From Adineta vaga (Eukaryota; Animalia; Rotifera), in contig CP075496.1 of assembly GCA_021613535.1 (NCBI GenBank), positions 7,006,001 to 7,070,000 on the forward strand: a stretch of DNA of 64,000 nucleotides, written 5' to 3'. The first letter of the stretch is position 1. Every line of letters begins with the position of its first letter. The notes below the pieces were generated by a model. The model was not told the origin of the DNA, searched no databases, and saw nothing but the letters and a program-made list of their open reading frames with translations. Positions 1 to 12,767 of the stretch are shown here, piece by piece. A program made the position numbers and the translations under genes.

Positions 1-1198
1 TATTTGATAAAGACAATGCTAAATCAGTAATAAATTGTCGATATGCTTTATTTAGTTTTGTATCATTCAAGTAATATTGTCGTTGTTCAAGACCAAGATC
101 ACTTTGAGCAATCTAAATAACATCATGAAGATTAAATTGAATAAAATATTTTACTTTTATTGTACATACTCGAATATAATAAGCGGATGAATTCTTATCA
201 TCTGTTGCTGTTCCACAATTAAAAATAACATTATTATTGTATTCACGTAATTTGATTAATAAACGTGAAAGATTAAAATGAGTTTCATTCCATGATGTGC
301 CTTGTAGAATTGGCCAACCGCCAAGTTCATGATCAACTATAGATAGAACTGTATCGACACCAGCCGATTCAATAGCCACCTCATTCACACATGATGAATA
401 TAAACGACGTGCATTAGAAATGGCTTTGATTTGAATTGTCTCATTTGGTTGTGGTGATGTTAGAATATCTAGAAATATAAAACAATAGATATTGATATAC
501 ATATACATATAAAATAGACAGAGAAAGAACTTATTTGATAAGTAATTCGAAAAAACTATCACTAGGAACGAACAGAATCTTTGCTATTTGAAGTCATGCA
601 ATAATTTCGCTTTAATATTCGAACATGTATCTTTATCTTACCGACGACATTATTGTCCAATTGATTTCGTAGCACATTGAATGTATCTTGAGCACCGGCT
701 ATAATGAATATATAATTTTTTTCGTATAAAAATTTCAAAAAACGTAAATCTTCACTAACTATCATCGGGTATTCGATTATTCTTCAGCCAAGTTCCACAG
801 GCAAATTTAAAAAAATCTTCACATGGTTCGATAGTTTCGTCAATACTTTCCAATAAATAATTTGCTAAACAAAAACAAACATCATGCAATTCTAATCGAT
901 TCTTTTTCAAACCTGCTTTGATACACAATGGAGTTAAACATAGATCATTTTCAACTGAAAAGAAAAACAAAACAGAGTCAAATTAAATTTTTCAATCTTT
1001 TACCTGGTTTTGATTGTATTGTTTTAGTTTTTTCAATTGTAAATAAAATTGATAGTACAATAGTTGAAAGAAGAAATATAGCAGTAAGAATACCGAGTAA
1101 ATAGAAAACACTTTTCTTCACAGAAGATTTAACTGGTATTGGATCACTGCAAGGAAATAAGGGATTTAATGTATGATATTCTTCTTGTGTGTCTGCCA
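1..1198 (-). CDS. M13 family metallopeptidase (neprilysin/ECE-like), 5' part; gene continues past window start
   Basis: Spliced exons give a cytoplasmic tail, a type II TM anchor (VFYLLGILTAIFLLSTIVLSILF), then CLTPLCIKAA, IEPCEDFFKFACGTW, ARRLYSSCVNE, LGGWPIL and LDQSDLGLEQRQYY-type M13 motifs. First exon/start codon not resolved. Confidence 0.9.
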
Positions 1199-3584
1199 CT
1201 TTTGATTTAAATTAATAGAAATATTTTATATTATATATACATAAATAAAAATAAAACAGTTTAAAAGAATGATTCTATTATATCAACGGAATAATATTCT
1301 TTGTTTTCATATATATATATTTAAAAGAGATTTTAATAAATAAATATCAATACTTACTTTTTTATAGGATAAGAATCAAGACAAAACTCAATAGGCATTA
1401 CGAATTATAAATCAATTCTATTCGCAATCTAACGTGAATATTTCTAATATCTTTCTTCTTTTACTTTTTCTGCTCTCTTTTCCGTGTGAATAATCTATGA
1501 CATAGTTTTCCCCTGACTATTACAATCAAAAATGTCAAACATGTATCAATGACTATAATTTTCTTACAAAATAGAATGTCTAACAGAAATGAAAAAAAAG
1601 AGAATGTATTTGAAGTGATAAGAACACTTCTGTTGTTGTTCTATTTGTTCTAGTCATTCTTGATCAAATTTCTTCCTACACACTTCTTTTTTTTGTCTTG
1701 CTCATGTGATCTATCACTAGTAATCAAATAATAAGTTCGAAATTTTTTTACTTTCTTCTATTTCACCAAAAAAAAAGAATATTGGTAATTACATACTTTA
1801 CGTATTTTTTCGTCATTTCTTGTCGAGTCTTTACTATGAAAGCAAACTTGTTTTTGTGATCAAATTCTTCTATTTAATGTTAATCAGTTCAGTTTATCAC
1901 CTATTCTATCTCACATGTTGTCATTATATAACGTAATTCCTTTGACATTCTCTTTTGTTTATAATCCATTGATAAATCATGTCTAGAGTGATCTTTTCTT
2001 ATAGAAAAAGTATACAAAAACATCAAGGATTGAAAAATATCTAATCAAGAAAAATGGAAAGCATTTGTGTATGCTTCTATTACCTTTTGAAAATGAAAAG
2101 TAAACCTTATCAAATAACAGTAACAGTAAATGAAATATAGAATCAATTATCAAAATAACATTATTTCGATCAAATTTCATCAAGAATGTCAGATTGATTG
2201 AAATACAATTGAAAAGATAAGCATACAGGATATTTGACTTTTAATAGTCTTTCTTTCTGAAATAGATTATGAACTTTATAGAAATAGGCTATCTAATATT
2301 TTTTTTCAGTGAAATTGATACGATTAACAAGAGAAATTATTGGTATAGAATCAATCGAACGACTTATCTTGTATTTTGTAATAGCAGAAGTAATATGAGA
2401 AGCATGACGTTGTTTTTATTCTGTTAAGTAACGGAATCGAGAACAGCAAATATAGCATAAGTATAATTTAGTTCATTCGATTTTATTAATTACTTACCTT
2501 TAAAATGATGAACATGTCAAAGAATGATTACTTCCTTTTCAACTACTATTCCGAATAAAAACAACATAAAGAGCTTAATATTGACAATCAGTTACGTATA
2601 CAACAAAATTGAAAGACGATGCATCATTTCATATTATTCAAGTCTCTGAAGTAATAAATTCCTATGCATTTGAATTTTATTTAGATAAAAATAGATCATT
2701 CATATTTCGCATCTTAAAATATCAAAATTAAACAAGTTTAGGTAATTATTTCTGTAGAAGATTCTTTTTCATCTCAATTATTTATAGAATTTCAAGTTCC
2801 ATACATAAATCTCCGTTGGGAATAACAGATCATTGCATTCAATGAATAAGATTATCAAGAGTCAATCTATACATATTGTTAAAACTTCTCATTTTATCTA
2901 CCTCAAACAATAATTTATCATAATCAGTTAGAAAATATCCTTTCCTATTCCGTTTGTTTTAAATAAAACCACTCCTCCTACGATTTTTTCTATTATATAT
3001 GCGTAAAAAATGTATGACGCACTGATATTTTTATTCAATGAATGCAAAAAGAAAAGAAATACTATTCTTCAATGAAAAATATCTCTTTCATAATCTTATA
3101 TCAAGATTATGACTAAAATAAATTCCTCTAAACATTCTACTATTGTTCGATATTTCTGTAAAAGATCTCCGCCGACTCAATCAATATTAACATAATAGTA
3201 TTACTAGTAAATTGGGACAATGTTGTAATGTAAATGTGATTGTATTCATACGGATCATACAGATAAGGAAGTATTTGAAAGATTATCACTGCCAAGTACT
3301 GATGTATATGTTGTTAATACTATCTGTCATAGTCAGACGATGAACTTTGATATCAACGATGAAAATTGTGTTTTTTTTAAATTTATTTCCATAGACGACT
3401 AAAAAGAATCTTGTAAGAGAAAGAGAGAAAAAAGGTATCTGTTCATATTGAATGATTTCTTTTTTTTTTTGGAATTATTATTTTAGAATATATATTCGTT
3501 TTCTACATCAAAAAGATTTAGGTTTCTTTTCTTTTTGTAGCTTCTTATATAATTGTAATCAGATTGAATAGGCAAACAATTTCT

Positions 3585-3994
3585 TCAACCAAAACAATTG
3601 ACAGCATGAAAAAAACAAAGCATGCGTTTAGTCGATTGATTTGCTGGACGTGAATTGCGTTTAAACCAATCTAAACGTGAGTTTGATTGAGGTTTAATAG
3701 TTGGCATTTGTTTGCTATCAAGAAGTAAAACGGCATTTGATAAAGATCGTTTTTGATAATTGATCTATGAAGAGAAAAATAGTCAAAAGATACATCTTTG
3801 AAATTAACATTTGTGATTACCGGATGATGTTTACGAAGATATTCATGGAAAGAAATAGACTGACTATCCTGTTCCGAACTAGGATACCAATTCATTCTGT
3901 AATGAGATAAGCCATATACGAATGAAAGATTTAATTGACATATAGTTAAAATCAATACACAATATGTCAAGAAGATAAATGAAAACGTTGCCAT
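3585..3994 (-). CDS. Allatostatin-C/somatostatin-type neuropeptide precursor (117 aa, 2 exons)
   Basis: Exon 3994-3821, 56-nt GT-AG intron 3820-3765, exon 3764-3585. Hydrophobic signal peptide, three KR sites, C-terminal KR-MLCFFHAVNCF-G-stop (C-x6-C-F ring, amidation Gly). Confidence 0.85.
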
Positions 3995-5593
3995 GTAGAT
4001 ATATATTTATAGTTTAAATGTTCCAGATAAAGAACTATATTTCACAACAATGGGGAAAGATTCTTTCGATTATGATAATAAAACATAAGAAATACTCGTT
4101 TATATTTTATGTTTAGTTAAAGAAAAGAGAAAGAAAATTGTAATTAGAACCTCCAGACTTTTTTCTTCTTCTTCTTCTTCTGCTTCATCCTCTTCTTCTC
4201 ATTTATTCAGGATTTATTTATAGATATATATATATATATATAAGGAAAATATTCGATAAAATAGAATAATTTACCTTGCGAGTATTCATTTTATTAAACC
4301 TGTTCGTCCTTGTTGATTTGCACTCACAGAGGTTTTTTCTAACAAGTCAATTTAAAATAATTTATTAATTAATTCTATTAATAAACCCACGCCTCTCAAT
4401 GAAAAGATCAGTTCATATTTAAAAGGAAACAATTACAAGCCTCTAATTTAATCAATTGTTCGAGACAAGAAATTATGCAGAAGAAATTCGATGAAAAATC
4501 AAATCGCTATTGTATATTTCACCTTCATCATTTCCTGTTCAACGTTTTTTTTTGCCTTTCTTATCGTACTTGTCAAAAGTATCTGGCAACTAAGGGCCGT
4601 TGGTTATGCAGATGCACACATATTCATCAAAGACCAAATTATTCATAATTTAATAACTACATTGAATTCTATTCAATAAAATAGACGATTCAATTATAGA
4701 AAAGATTCCAATGTGTTCTTAGAAGAATTATATGATTAATTTATATTAATCAGCTTCTTCCATTTTTATATATGACGAATTATTTTAGTCAACTAAAGTG
4801 ATAATAGAAAACGTACCTACTGAGCGTTTCTATTCTTCTGTCTGATGTTGAACTTGTTTTTTTTTAAAGATTTTCATTCATTAACCTTTCGTGAAATGGC
4901 ATTTCTATGGATTATGATTTCTGTAATTAGTCACATGACATTTTTTTGTGTTGTCGAAAATGTTTCGTCGGTACTTGCAGGTGTTCAGAATGAATGTATT
5001 GCATGCATCGTGATAAATATGATATATTTTGAAACAATTGATTTGATATTATGAGATGTTTTGGGAGATGGAAAATAGTCAAAGTTACGAAGTTCAAATT
5101 CAAATGTATAAATTAAAACAAAAATTTCTTTAGAAACATTTAGAATAACAAAGGAAAACAACGACAATAACGTTGAATGTATATTAACTGAATTGAAATA
5201 GACATCCGTCATTTTTTAGTCGTGATATTCTAAATATTGTGAGATATAACGCCTTCGAAAGTGCAATAATGCAGTTACGACATATATAGAAGTTAATGAG
5301 CAATTATTAATCTTAAGATATCTTTCGTGTTTTTTTCTGTTCTAAGAATTATTTTGATCTCGTGATATGAAATGATCATGATAAATAAAATATATGACTT
5401 CATGTATTTTCCGAGGTATAGAGTTTTTAAAAGATAATATTAATGTTTTAATACATTAATAAATATCGATTTATTTTGATTTCGATTGCAATAGATTCGA
5501 TTTTTTGCACGTCAAATACTTTCAAGATGAACTTCTCTTCATGTTTATCATTCAATAGCTTAAATAGATCCTAATAAAATTATTTTGTATTAA

Positions 5594-5971
5594 TCCTTAA
5601 AACCTGAAGGGGATTTCTCTGAAGTTGAGGAAAAGTTGATCACATAAATAACGATTTTGGATTCTCAATATGCACGTACCGTGATTGGACCTGTTGGGTG
5701 TGACTAAATATTTTTTCCACCCAGATGGTCTGATGAATTATAACCTTCGTAATCTTTCGTTCACGTGAATTTCTAATATGATTCACAATCACTGCAAGTT
5801 CATTCTGATGGTATTTTAAGATATCGTCAATTATCTATTGAGCGAAAAATTCCTAATAACCCTGACTACTTTTATGACGTAAGAATACCTTAGTAGAAAA
5901 ATTTTTCCATCGTACTTTCAGTTCGACTGTGTTTGTTCCGAAAAACAATAGATTTCGTGGGTTTTTAAGGG
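5594..5971. mobile_element. Degenerate non-autonomous piggyBac-like element (MITE)
   Basis: TTAA at 5590-5593 and 5972-5975 flank imperfect terminal inverted repeats (left TCCTTAAAACC, right reverse-complement CCCTTAAAAACC). No ORF inside. Confidence 0.5.
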
Positions 5972-7869
5972 TTAAGAAAAACTTTATCTCTCTATTAAAC
6001 TATCTTCTACATATCCAATAAGATATCTCACGACAAGTTGCATTCAAACAATAATGGAACTAATTCTGAAAGAAAACTGAGGTTCACAGATTAGTTCTCA
6101 CTTGGTGTTTTTGTCAAACAAATATCCAAATTAAACTTAATTTGCATTTTTTGATCTTATGACAAGTTCGATTAATTTATATTGGGATAAATTCTACGAA
6201 GAAATACTTAAAAAACATTCATCACTTCAACATGGACATCGATCGAATTTTTTTTACAAATGATCTGATCAACTTTTTTAATTTGTAAACTTTCCATCTC
6301 AATTGATCTTTACCTTAGGATAGCTCAGAACGAAGTGAAAACTACATTATATAACGATCTGTAATCTCTATTCTCGTCGTTTTACGATAGGTTTCATTGA
6401 TAAACACTTTCACAGTAATACTTTATATAACAAATTCTCAGAAGTCATTTCTTTATGCGTACCAAGTGTTACGATTACAATTTCTTATTCAAAGATAGCT
6501 TTAAACAAACATAAATCAAGGGTTTATTATATAAAAAAACCGCATTATTTTCCGCAAAACATGCAGTTATCTATCAAAATATCTAGACCGTAAGTAAATT
6601 GATAAAAATTAATTTGACGGCATAAGCTGATAAGAATAGATAGATGTAATCATCGAAAAACATGTTTATTGAAATACTATTAACAAAGACATCATACTAA
6701 TCATATTACAAACGAAATGAAAGTTCTATAACTAATCAATAATCGAGTATAATTTGATATTAGCATTGAATATAAACTATGTTCATCGATAGAATATATC
6801 GTATATCGTCGAACAAGATTAGATAGATTTACTAGAGATAATCAAACTCTGATCATTATTTTTTTCAAAATATGTTACTTATATGAGAAATTTGATGATA
6901 TACATTGAACTTAATTATGTTTTCTAACAAACAATTGATAAATAAAGAAACAGTATCTGTTTATGAACTTTCTAATGCTTCATAAAGAGATGATGAAATA
7001 TCAATATTATTTCGTCAAATAGAATTTTATCTACATTCAAACTTAATTGATCAGTACAAAAAGTAATTTCATTTGACAATGGTGTGCAATTAACTTGATT
7101 AAGTCTACATTTTCGATGAATTTCTTACTAAAAAAGATCTAATCAACAATTTGTTTTTCTTTTATATCTCTCTCTCTCTATATATATATATATCACCCAT
7201 CAATTTTAATCCACTAAACACAAAAAAAAACAAATAAATAAATGTTGAAGAAAAGAAAATGAAAAAAATTCCATCATCGCAAAAAAAAACAAACAAACAA
7301 ATTAATTCGAAAAAGAAATAAACAATAATAGAAGCTGATTATAAATATGCATAACGAAAAACACCGGTATCTTTTTCTTGTAAGATGCACAAAAGAAAAA
7401 GATAAGAAATTAAACGAAAGAAAAGAAAACAAGTTGGTACATCAGACAGATATTGTCTCGTTAATTTTTTGAATGTGTTTTATATGAAACTTTTTTTTTG
7501 TCATACACAAATGAAAAAACTACAATGATTCATTCTATTGCATCTGTAGCTATCATTAAAGCTCGCCTAGTAATTTGTTTTAAAGATGAAATACGTAAAA
7601 AATGACATAGTATATGAAGAAAAAACAAACAAAAGGATAGAAATGGAAGGTCTTTATGTTGCAAGAAAAGAAATTAGCAATCGAATTTACGTTGTTGAAA
7701 TGAAAAATTAACCGATTAGAAAAGAAGAAGAAGTAAAGGAAATATCGATGGGCTGTTCAAAATAGATAGATAGATAAAGGAAATTATTGAATCATTCTCT
7801 CTGAACAGCTATGTACAACAACACTGAGTATAATAGAACAACATTAAGAATCAAGAAAAACAAAATAGA

Positions 7870-9381
7870 TCACTTGTCTTTGTCCAAATCATCATCGGCA
7901 ATAGCTTGTTCATCGTCACTATCTTCGCTGTCACTTCGTTCGTCTTTTTTCACCTAAAATTAAAACAAAACGAATGTATTAAATTTTTATAGACATTAGT
8001 AATCCTTTCTTTTTTATTCTAATTATTCGAACGATTGATTCAACCCTATCAAATTTCGATGGCAACAAAGAAGAAGAAGAAGAAGAAGAAAAAAATCAAA
8101 GTAAATATAGACATAAACACACTCTTCTAACCAAACAGAAAAAGTACACATATATACACACGTCGTCTTTCTTTTCGGACTTCACAGATGTATTGAAATG
8201 CAATCTGACTAGCTCGCGTGTTTCTTTTTAAATAGTGTAATCAATGAAAAAATGAAATTCACTATACTTTGCCGGCTTTGAAAGCTGAAATGGCTACTTG
8301 ACAAATTAAATAGAACCAGAAATAGTGAAGAATTTGAAGCAATATTAGAAGTCCATTGAATACGTAATAAGCAGGATATAAGCCAAGAATAGCCGCTTCT
8401 TCAAATGTCGTCGTATATAATACTCTAAAATTGGAAAGGGAAGAGAAAAAAACGAGAAATATAAGACGAATAAGTTGTTCACAAAAGAAATTTGATCGAT
8501 GTGTTTCTTACTTATATGGATAATAGCAGAGACGTGTTATAAACCAAACAACAGCAAATATCACGAACATTGTATCACAGAGTCGCTGTGCTCGCGCATA
8601 TTTCGCCATTTTTGCAAACTAGAAAACAAAAACAATGAAATTTTGACGGATAAAATCGTTTAGTTACTTCAAGCCAAAAGTCTCCACAATCATGTACAAC
8701 AAGTACTAATGTTCCTACACGTACAAAATTGACAATATAAGAAAATGAAAGTAAACAGATTGTAGCAATATGATGAATAAACATTTCCCAGAAATCTTTT
8801 CTTTTAACATCGATAAATTGAGAAAAAACTAAAGACCAATAGAATGCTAATTCAATCATATAATACCAATAAACATCAGATGTTAGTGGATGATTAGGAT
8901 GATTCAACCAACAATGACGTGTATCCCATAACCAAAGTTTCTAGAAAAGAAAAATCAATAATAAAATATTTACCTTTGAAAAAATGTCACTTACATCTTT
9001 TAAAATAATAGCACCATATAAAAATATACAAAGATAAAAGGTAAAACGCCAAGTTGATTCACTAAATTTTCCTAATGGACTAACACGTGCACGTCGTTTC
9101 ACTCGTTTATTCTTATCTAATGATTTTAAATGATTCGATTTTGGTGGAAGTTTTTGAGGAGTTGATTGTGAATCATGTATTCCAAGAAATCGACCAAGTG
9201 GTTGAGCAATATAATATTCAAAGAAAACTCGAGTTAAATAAAGTAAACCAGCTAATGGATAAACATAAATAAGATCATGAATATGTGGTACCTGAACACC
9301 ATTCTTATTTAATTCATTAAAATCATTCCATGTTGTATTTTCTGGTAACCAAAAATCTTCGTTCCAAATTGATATATTCAT
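7870..9381 (-). CDS. CERS: Ceramide synthase (LASS/CerS, TLC domain)
   Basis: FWLPENTTW N-terminus, KFSESTWRF, Lag1p motif KRKDFWEMFIHHIAT...LVLVVHD, acidic tail DERSDSEDSDDE in last exon 7953-7870. Confidence 0.95.
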
Positions 9382-9671
9382 TTTCGTCTTCGTTATTTCT
9401 TTTCTTCTTCCAATTGAATAACACTACATACTTTAAATGTATATATATATATGAAGGTTTTTTAAATCATGATCTAAATCAAATTAATGTTTCAATATTT
9501 GTCATTTGTCAATAGATACACACATACATACACACAAGTATATCTAACATGCAAAAAAACGAGTTAAGACATATAGACATGAAGATGAAAACTGTTTATT
9601 TATTTATTTAGTAGTCTTCTCTCTTCTTTTCTCCATTTTTTCTATCTATTCTCAGTTTGCTGTTGCGTTGC

Positions 9672-9709
9672 CTTGCTTGTCTGCTTGCTTGCTTGCTGGC
9701 TGGCCTGGC
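9672..9709. repeat. Imperfect (CTTG/CTGG)n tetranucleotide microsatellite
   Basis: cttgcttgtctgcttgcttgcttgctggctggcctggc, between the MORN3 stop and the CerS 5' end. Confidence 0.7.
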
Positions 9710-9799
9710 GTTTTTTCTCCTTTCTATTCTTCTTCTTCTTCTATAGACATCGTCAATATTCAATGACGAATCGAAGAAGATTTCCGAGGGCGCTAGTTG

Positions 9800-11339
9800 T
9801 CATTTTTCTTGAGAGGCGGATGATTTATGTTCTTTATTTAACAGTTGAGTACATTCAGATGATTTGCAGAAACTATTCAACCAGAAGCCTTTACATAGAC
9901 GATTTCGTTTTTTGAAATAATATTGACCATCACCATGTTTTTTATCTTCAGACCAATGACTACATGATTTGGAAAAGAATGATAATAATGTTACAAAAGT
10001 ATTTACCCATCGTAATGATCACCATGAACTAAAATAATCAAGTATTCATTAATTCATTATAAAAATAGTTTTTTACTTGTTAGAAGTTGACCGAAACCAT
10101 GACGTTGATTGTTAAACCAATCACCTTCACTTTTTTTACAAGAATAAACGTATCAAATTTATTCTTTTTTATCTTTAGTAATCATTATTAGTTCGTTGTT
10201 ATAATTAGCGCATCATTAATTTCAGAACGTATCAATTCATCTATATCTCCTAATAATTTATCTCCGATATTCTTATCAATAAGCTAGTTCATTTTTTTCC
10301 TTTCATTTCCGTATCTTCATCAGATTACATATCGTACTACGATATAAAAAAGGCTGGTGAAAGGTCTTTTTTCTAATTCTAGGTCATATAATAATTCAAA
10401 AGATGTTCAGTAGTGAGTGAAACTTTTTAATTGAAAGGATCATATTTTTGTTTCTAAAGGTTACGATGATTTCTGTGCAGGATATGAACTCTAACTTACT
10501 TATTGTGACCAGTGGTCTTCTTTTCTTTCATTCATCTATCTTTCTCAATCGACTGATCGGAAGATACTAGCAGTACAAGGATGGGAAAAGAGAGAGAGAG
10601 AGAGATCGTTTCTAATAATAACAGTAAACTAATAGCTGATTTACATGTCAGATGAAAATTGAATAGATCAATGCGGTTAACAAACTTTCATGTGCATATC
10701 ATAGTATTTCGTTACTTGTTTATATGAATTTATATTCGATTATAGAAATACAATTCAGATCTGTTCAACGCTGAGTATAGAAGGAAATTGATATATGTTA
10801 GCAATTATCACAGTTGGTGGGCTCAAATAAAAAATGCATCATTCGTCTAACAATCGATAGAAAAAAAGACTACTGTTGCATCTAATGCAATCTTCGTCAA
10901 GTAACCAACGAATTATATTTAATAAAAATCTAACTTACTATATATCTCCATTTTCATAAAACATTCGACCGTACCCACATCGTTTATTATGAACAAATCC
11001 TCCTTCATAATATGTTGTTTCATTAAAATACAATGTTCCATAACCATTCATTTGATTATTTGTCCATTGACCAATATAATAACGTTGCATCGATCCGTTC
11101 TTTAATCGTATAGTCAAACGTCCATATCCATTTTTTTGATTTTGACTAAATTTTCCTTCATAAATTGAACCATTTTTATGATTGATCAATATTCCATTAC
11201 CATGTTTTTGATTATTTAACCAGTGTCCACGATAAGAACAATGACTATTTAGAAAGATATTTGCATGTAAACCATTTTTTCCAAACTTTTGATCGAATTG
11301 ATTTAAGAATGATTTTATTTGACAATGACGAAATGGCAT
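9800..11339 (-). CDS. MORN3: MORN repeat-containing protein 3 (about 211 aa, 4 exons)
   Basis: Exons 11339-10939, 10129-10077 (EGDWFNNQRHGFGQLL), 10028-10007 (HGDHYDG), 9959-9800 (HWSEDKKHGDGQYYF...KGFWLNSFCKSSEC). Splice phases are consistent, with MORN repeats throughout and a MORN3-like N-terminus (MPF..C...KNGLH). Confidence 0.88.
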
Positions 11340-11358
11340 TTTAAATTTTTCTAGATCG

Positions 11359-12660
11359 ATGGCGGGTACATTAATTCTAGGTAAAAATGAATTTAAATTA
11401 CTTGATGAAATTGGTTCAGGTACTTATGCGAAAGTTTACAAAGCAATTGATTATCAACATCAACGAGAAGTTGCTATTAAATGTATGTTACTTGATAGTG
11501 AACGTTATGGTCTTCTTTGTGTTGTTATACGTGAAATAAATATCTTACTGGAATTAAAACATCCAAATATTGTACATCTTTATGATATTATTCGACGTGA
11601 GAATGAAATCTATCTCATATTTGAATACATGAACATTGATTTGTATCAATATATGATACGTCATCAACGACCATTAGCTGATATTCAAGTAAAGATTTAT
11701 TTTTATCAATTATTAAATGGTTTAGATTTCTGTCATACAAATAAAAGTAAGTTTATTTTTTAAAGTATGAAAAAAGCATCGTTTCTTACTTATCTTTGTT
11801 TTCTATTCGATAGTTTTTCATCGTGATCTCAAGTAAGTTAATGATTGTCGTGTAAAGAAGAATATTTTAATATTGCATGCAATCATTTAGTCCAGACGAA
11901 GAAAGTATCTAATGAAATTTGTTTATCGATAGTAGAATTTCCCAAAGGAACTTATCGTTAGATTAGCGTGTAAAAGATGATCAAAGAGAAATTATGATCG
12001 AACAGGACATAAATTGTGATATTTTCGTTATGAGTATGTTCTTTTAGACCACAAAATCTGTTATTAGACACCAATGGTACATTAAAAATCGCAGATTTTG
12101 GTTTGGCACGTGACGCAAAGATACCAAATCGTGCTTATTCGAAAGATATTGTGACACTATGGTATCGTCCTCCAGAAATCTTGCTCGGAAGTGATATTTA
12201 TTCAAGTGCTGTTGATATTTGTAAGTTTTATTAATTTTATTCAATTAATCATTCATATTCTTCTACGTATTTAGGGAGTGCTGGTTGTATTTTTGCTGAA
12301 ATGTTGCGTACTTCACCACTTTTTAAAGGTGATTGTGAAATTTCACAACTATTCTGTATTTTTCAAGTATTAGGTAACTTTAAACTCGTCTTTTTCAAAA
12401 ATCATTCGGAAATTTTCTTTCAAGGAACACCCAATGATAAACTATGGCCTGGTGTTTCATTATTACCTAATTATACATCTGATTTTCCTCAATGGCAACC
12501 GACTGCATCACTTAGTAAATATATTCAATTAACATCTAACCAAGCTGTAGATATTTTATCCCATTGTTTAATCTATCTACCTCATCAACGTTTAACAGCT
12601 AGGCAAGCTCTACAACATGCATATTTCGTTCAAGAAGATGAACCAATAATATTCTCATAG
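11359..12660 (+). CDS. Divergent CDK1/CDK2-like cyclin-dependent kinase
   Basis: [22 protein letters not shown] (spliced micro-exon near 11813-11832), [31 protein letters not shown]...WPGV. PSTAIRE helix reads LCVVIRE. Confidence 0.92.
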
Positions 12661-12767
12661 GTTGTTTTTGTTTTGTGAAAAAATAATTTGTGTTAATATA
12701 AAATATACAAATGCATTGCATCCATGCAAAATCTTTTTTCTTTTTTTTGTCCAACATATTCATTTTA

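Noticed and set aside
1-3994. Functional linkage of neprilysin with the adjacent neuropeptide gene
   Set aside because: Adjacency alone is weak evidence and M13 peptidases are usually multicopy.
10760-10940. MORN3 as a truncated pseudogene (ORF ends at GDI*)
   Set aside because: The apparent stop overlaps a gtaagt donor, and three further in-phase exons at 10129-9800 complete the protein.
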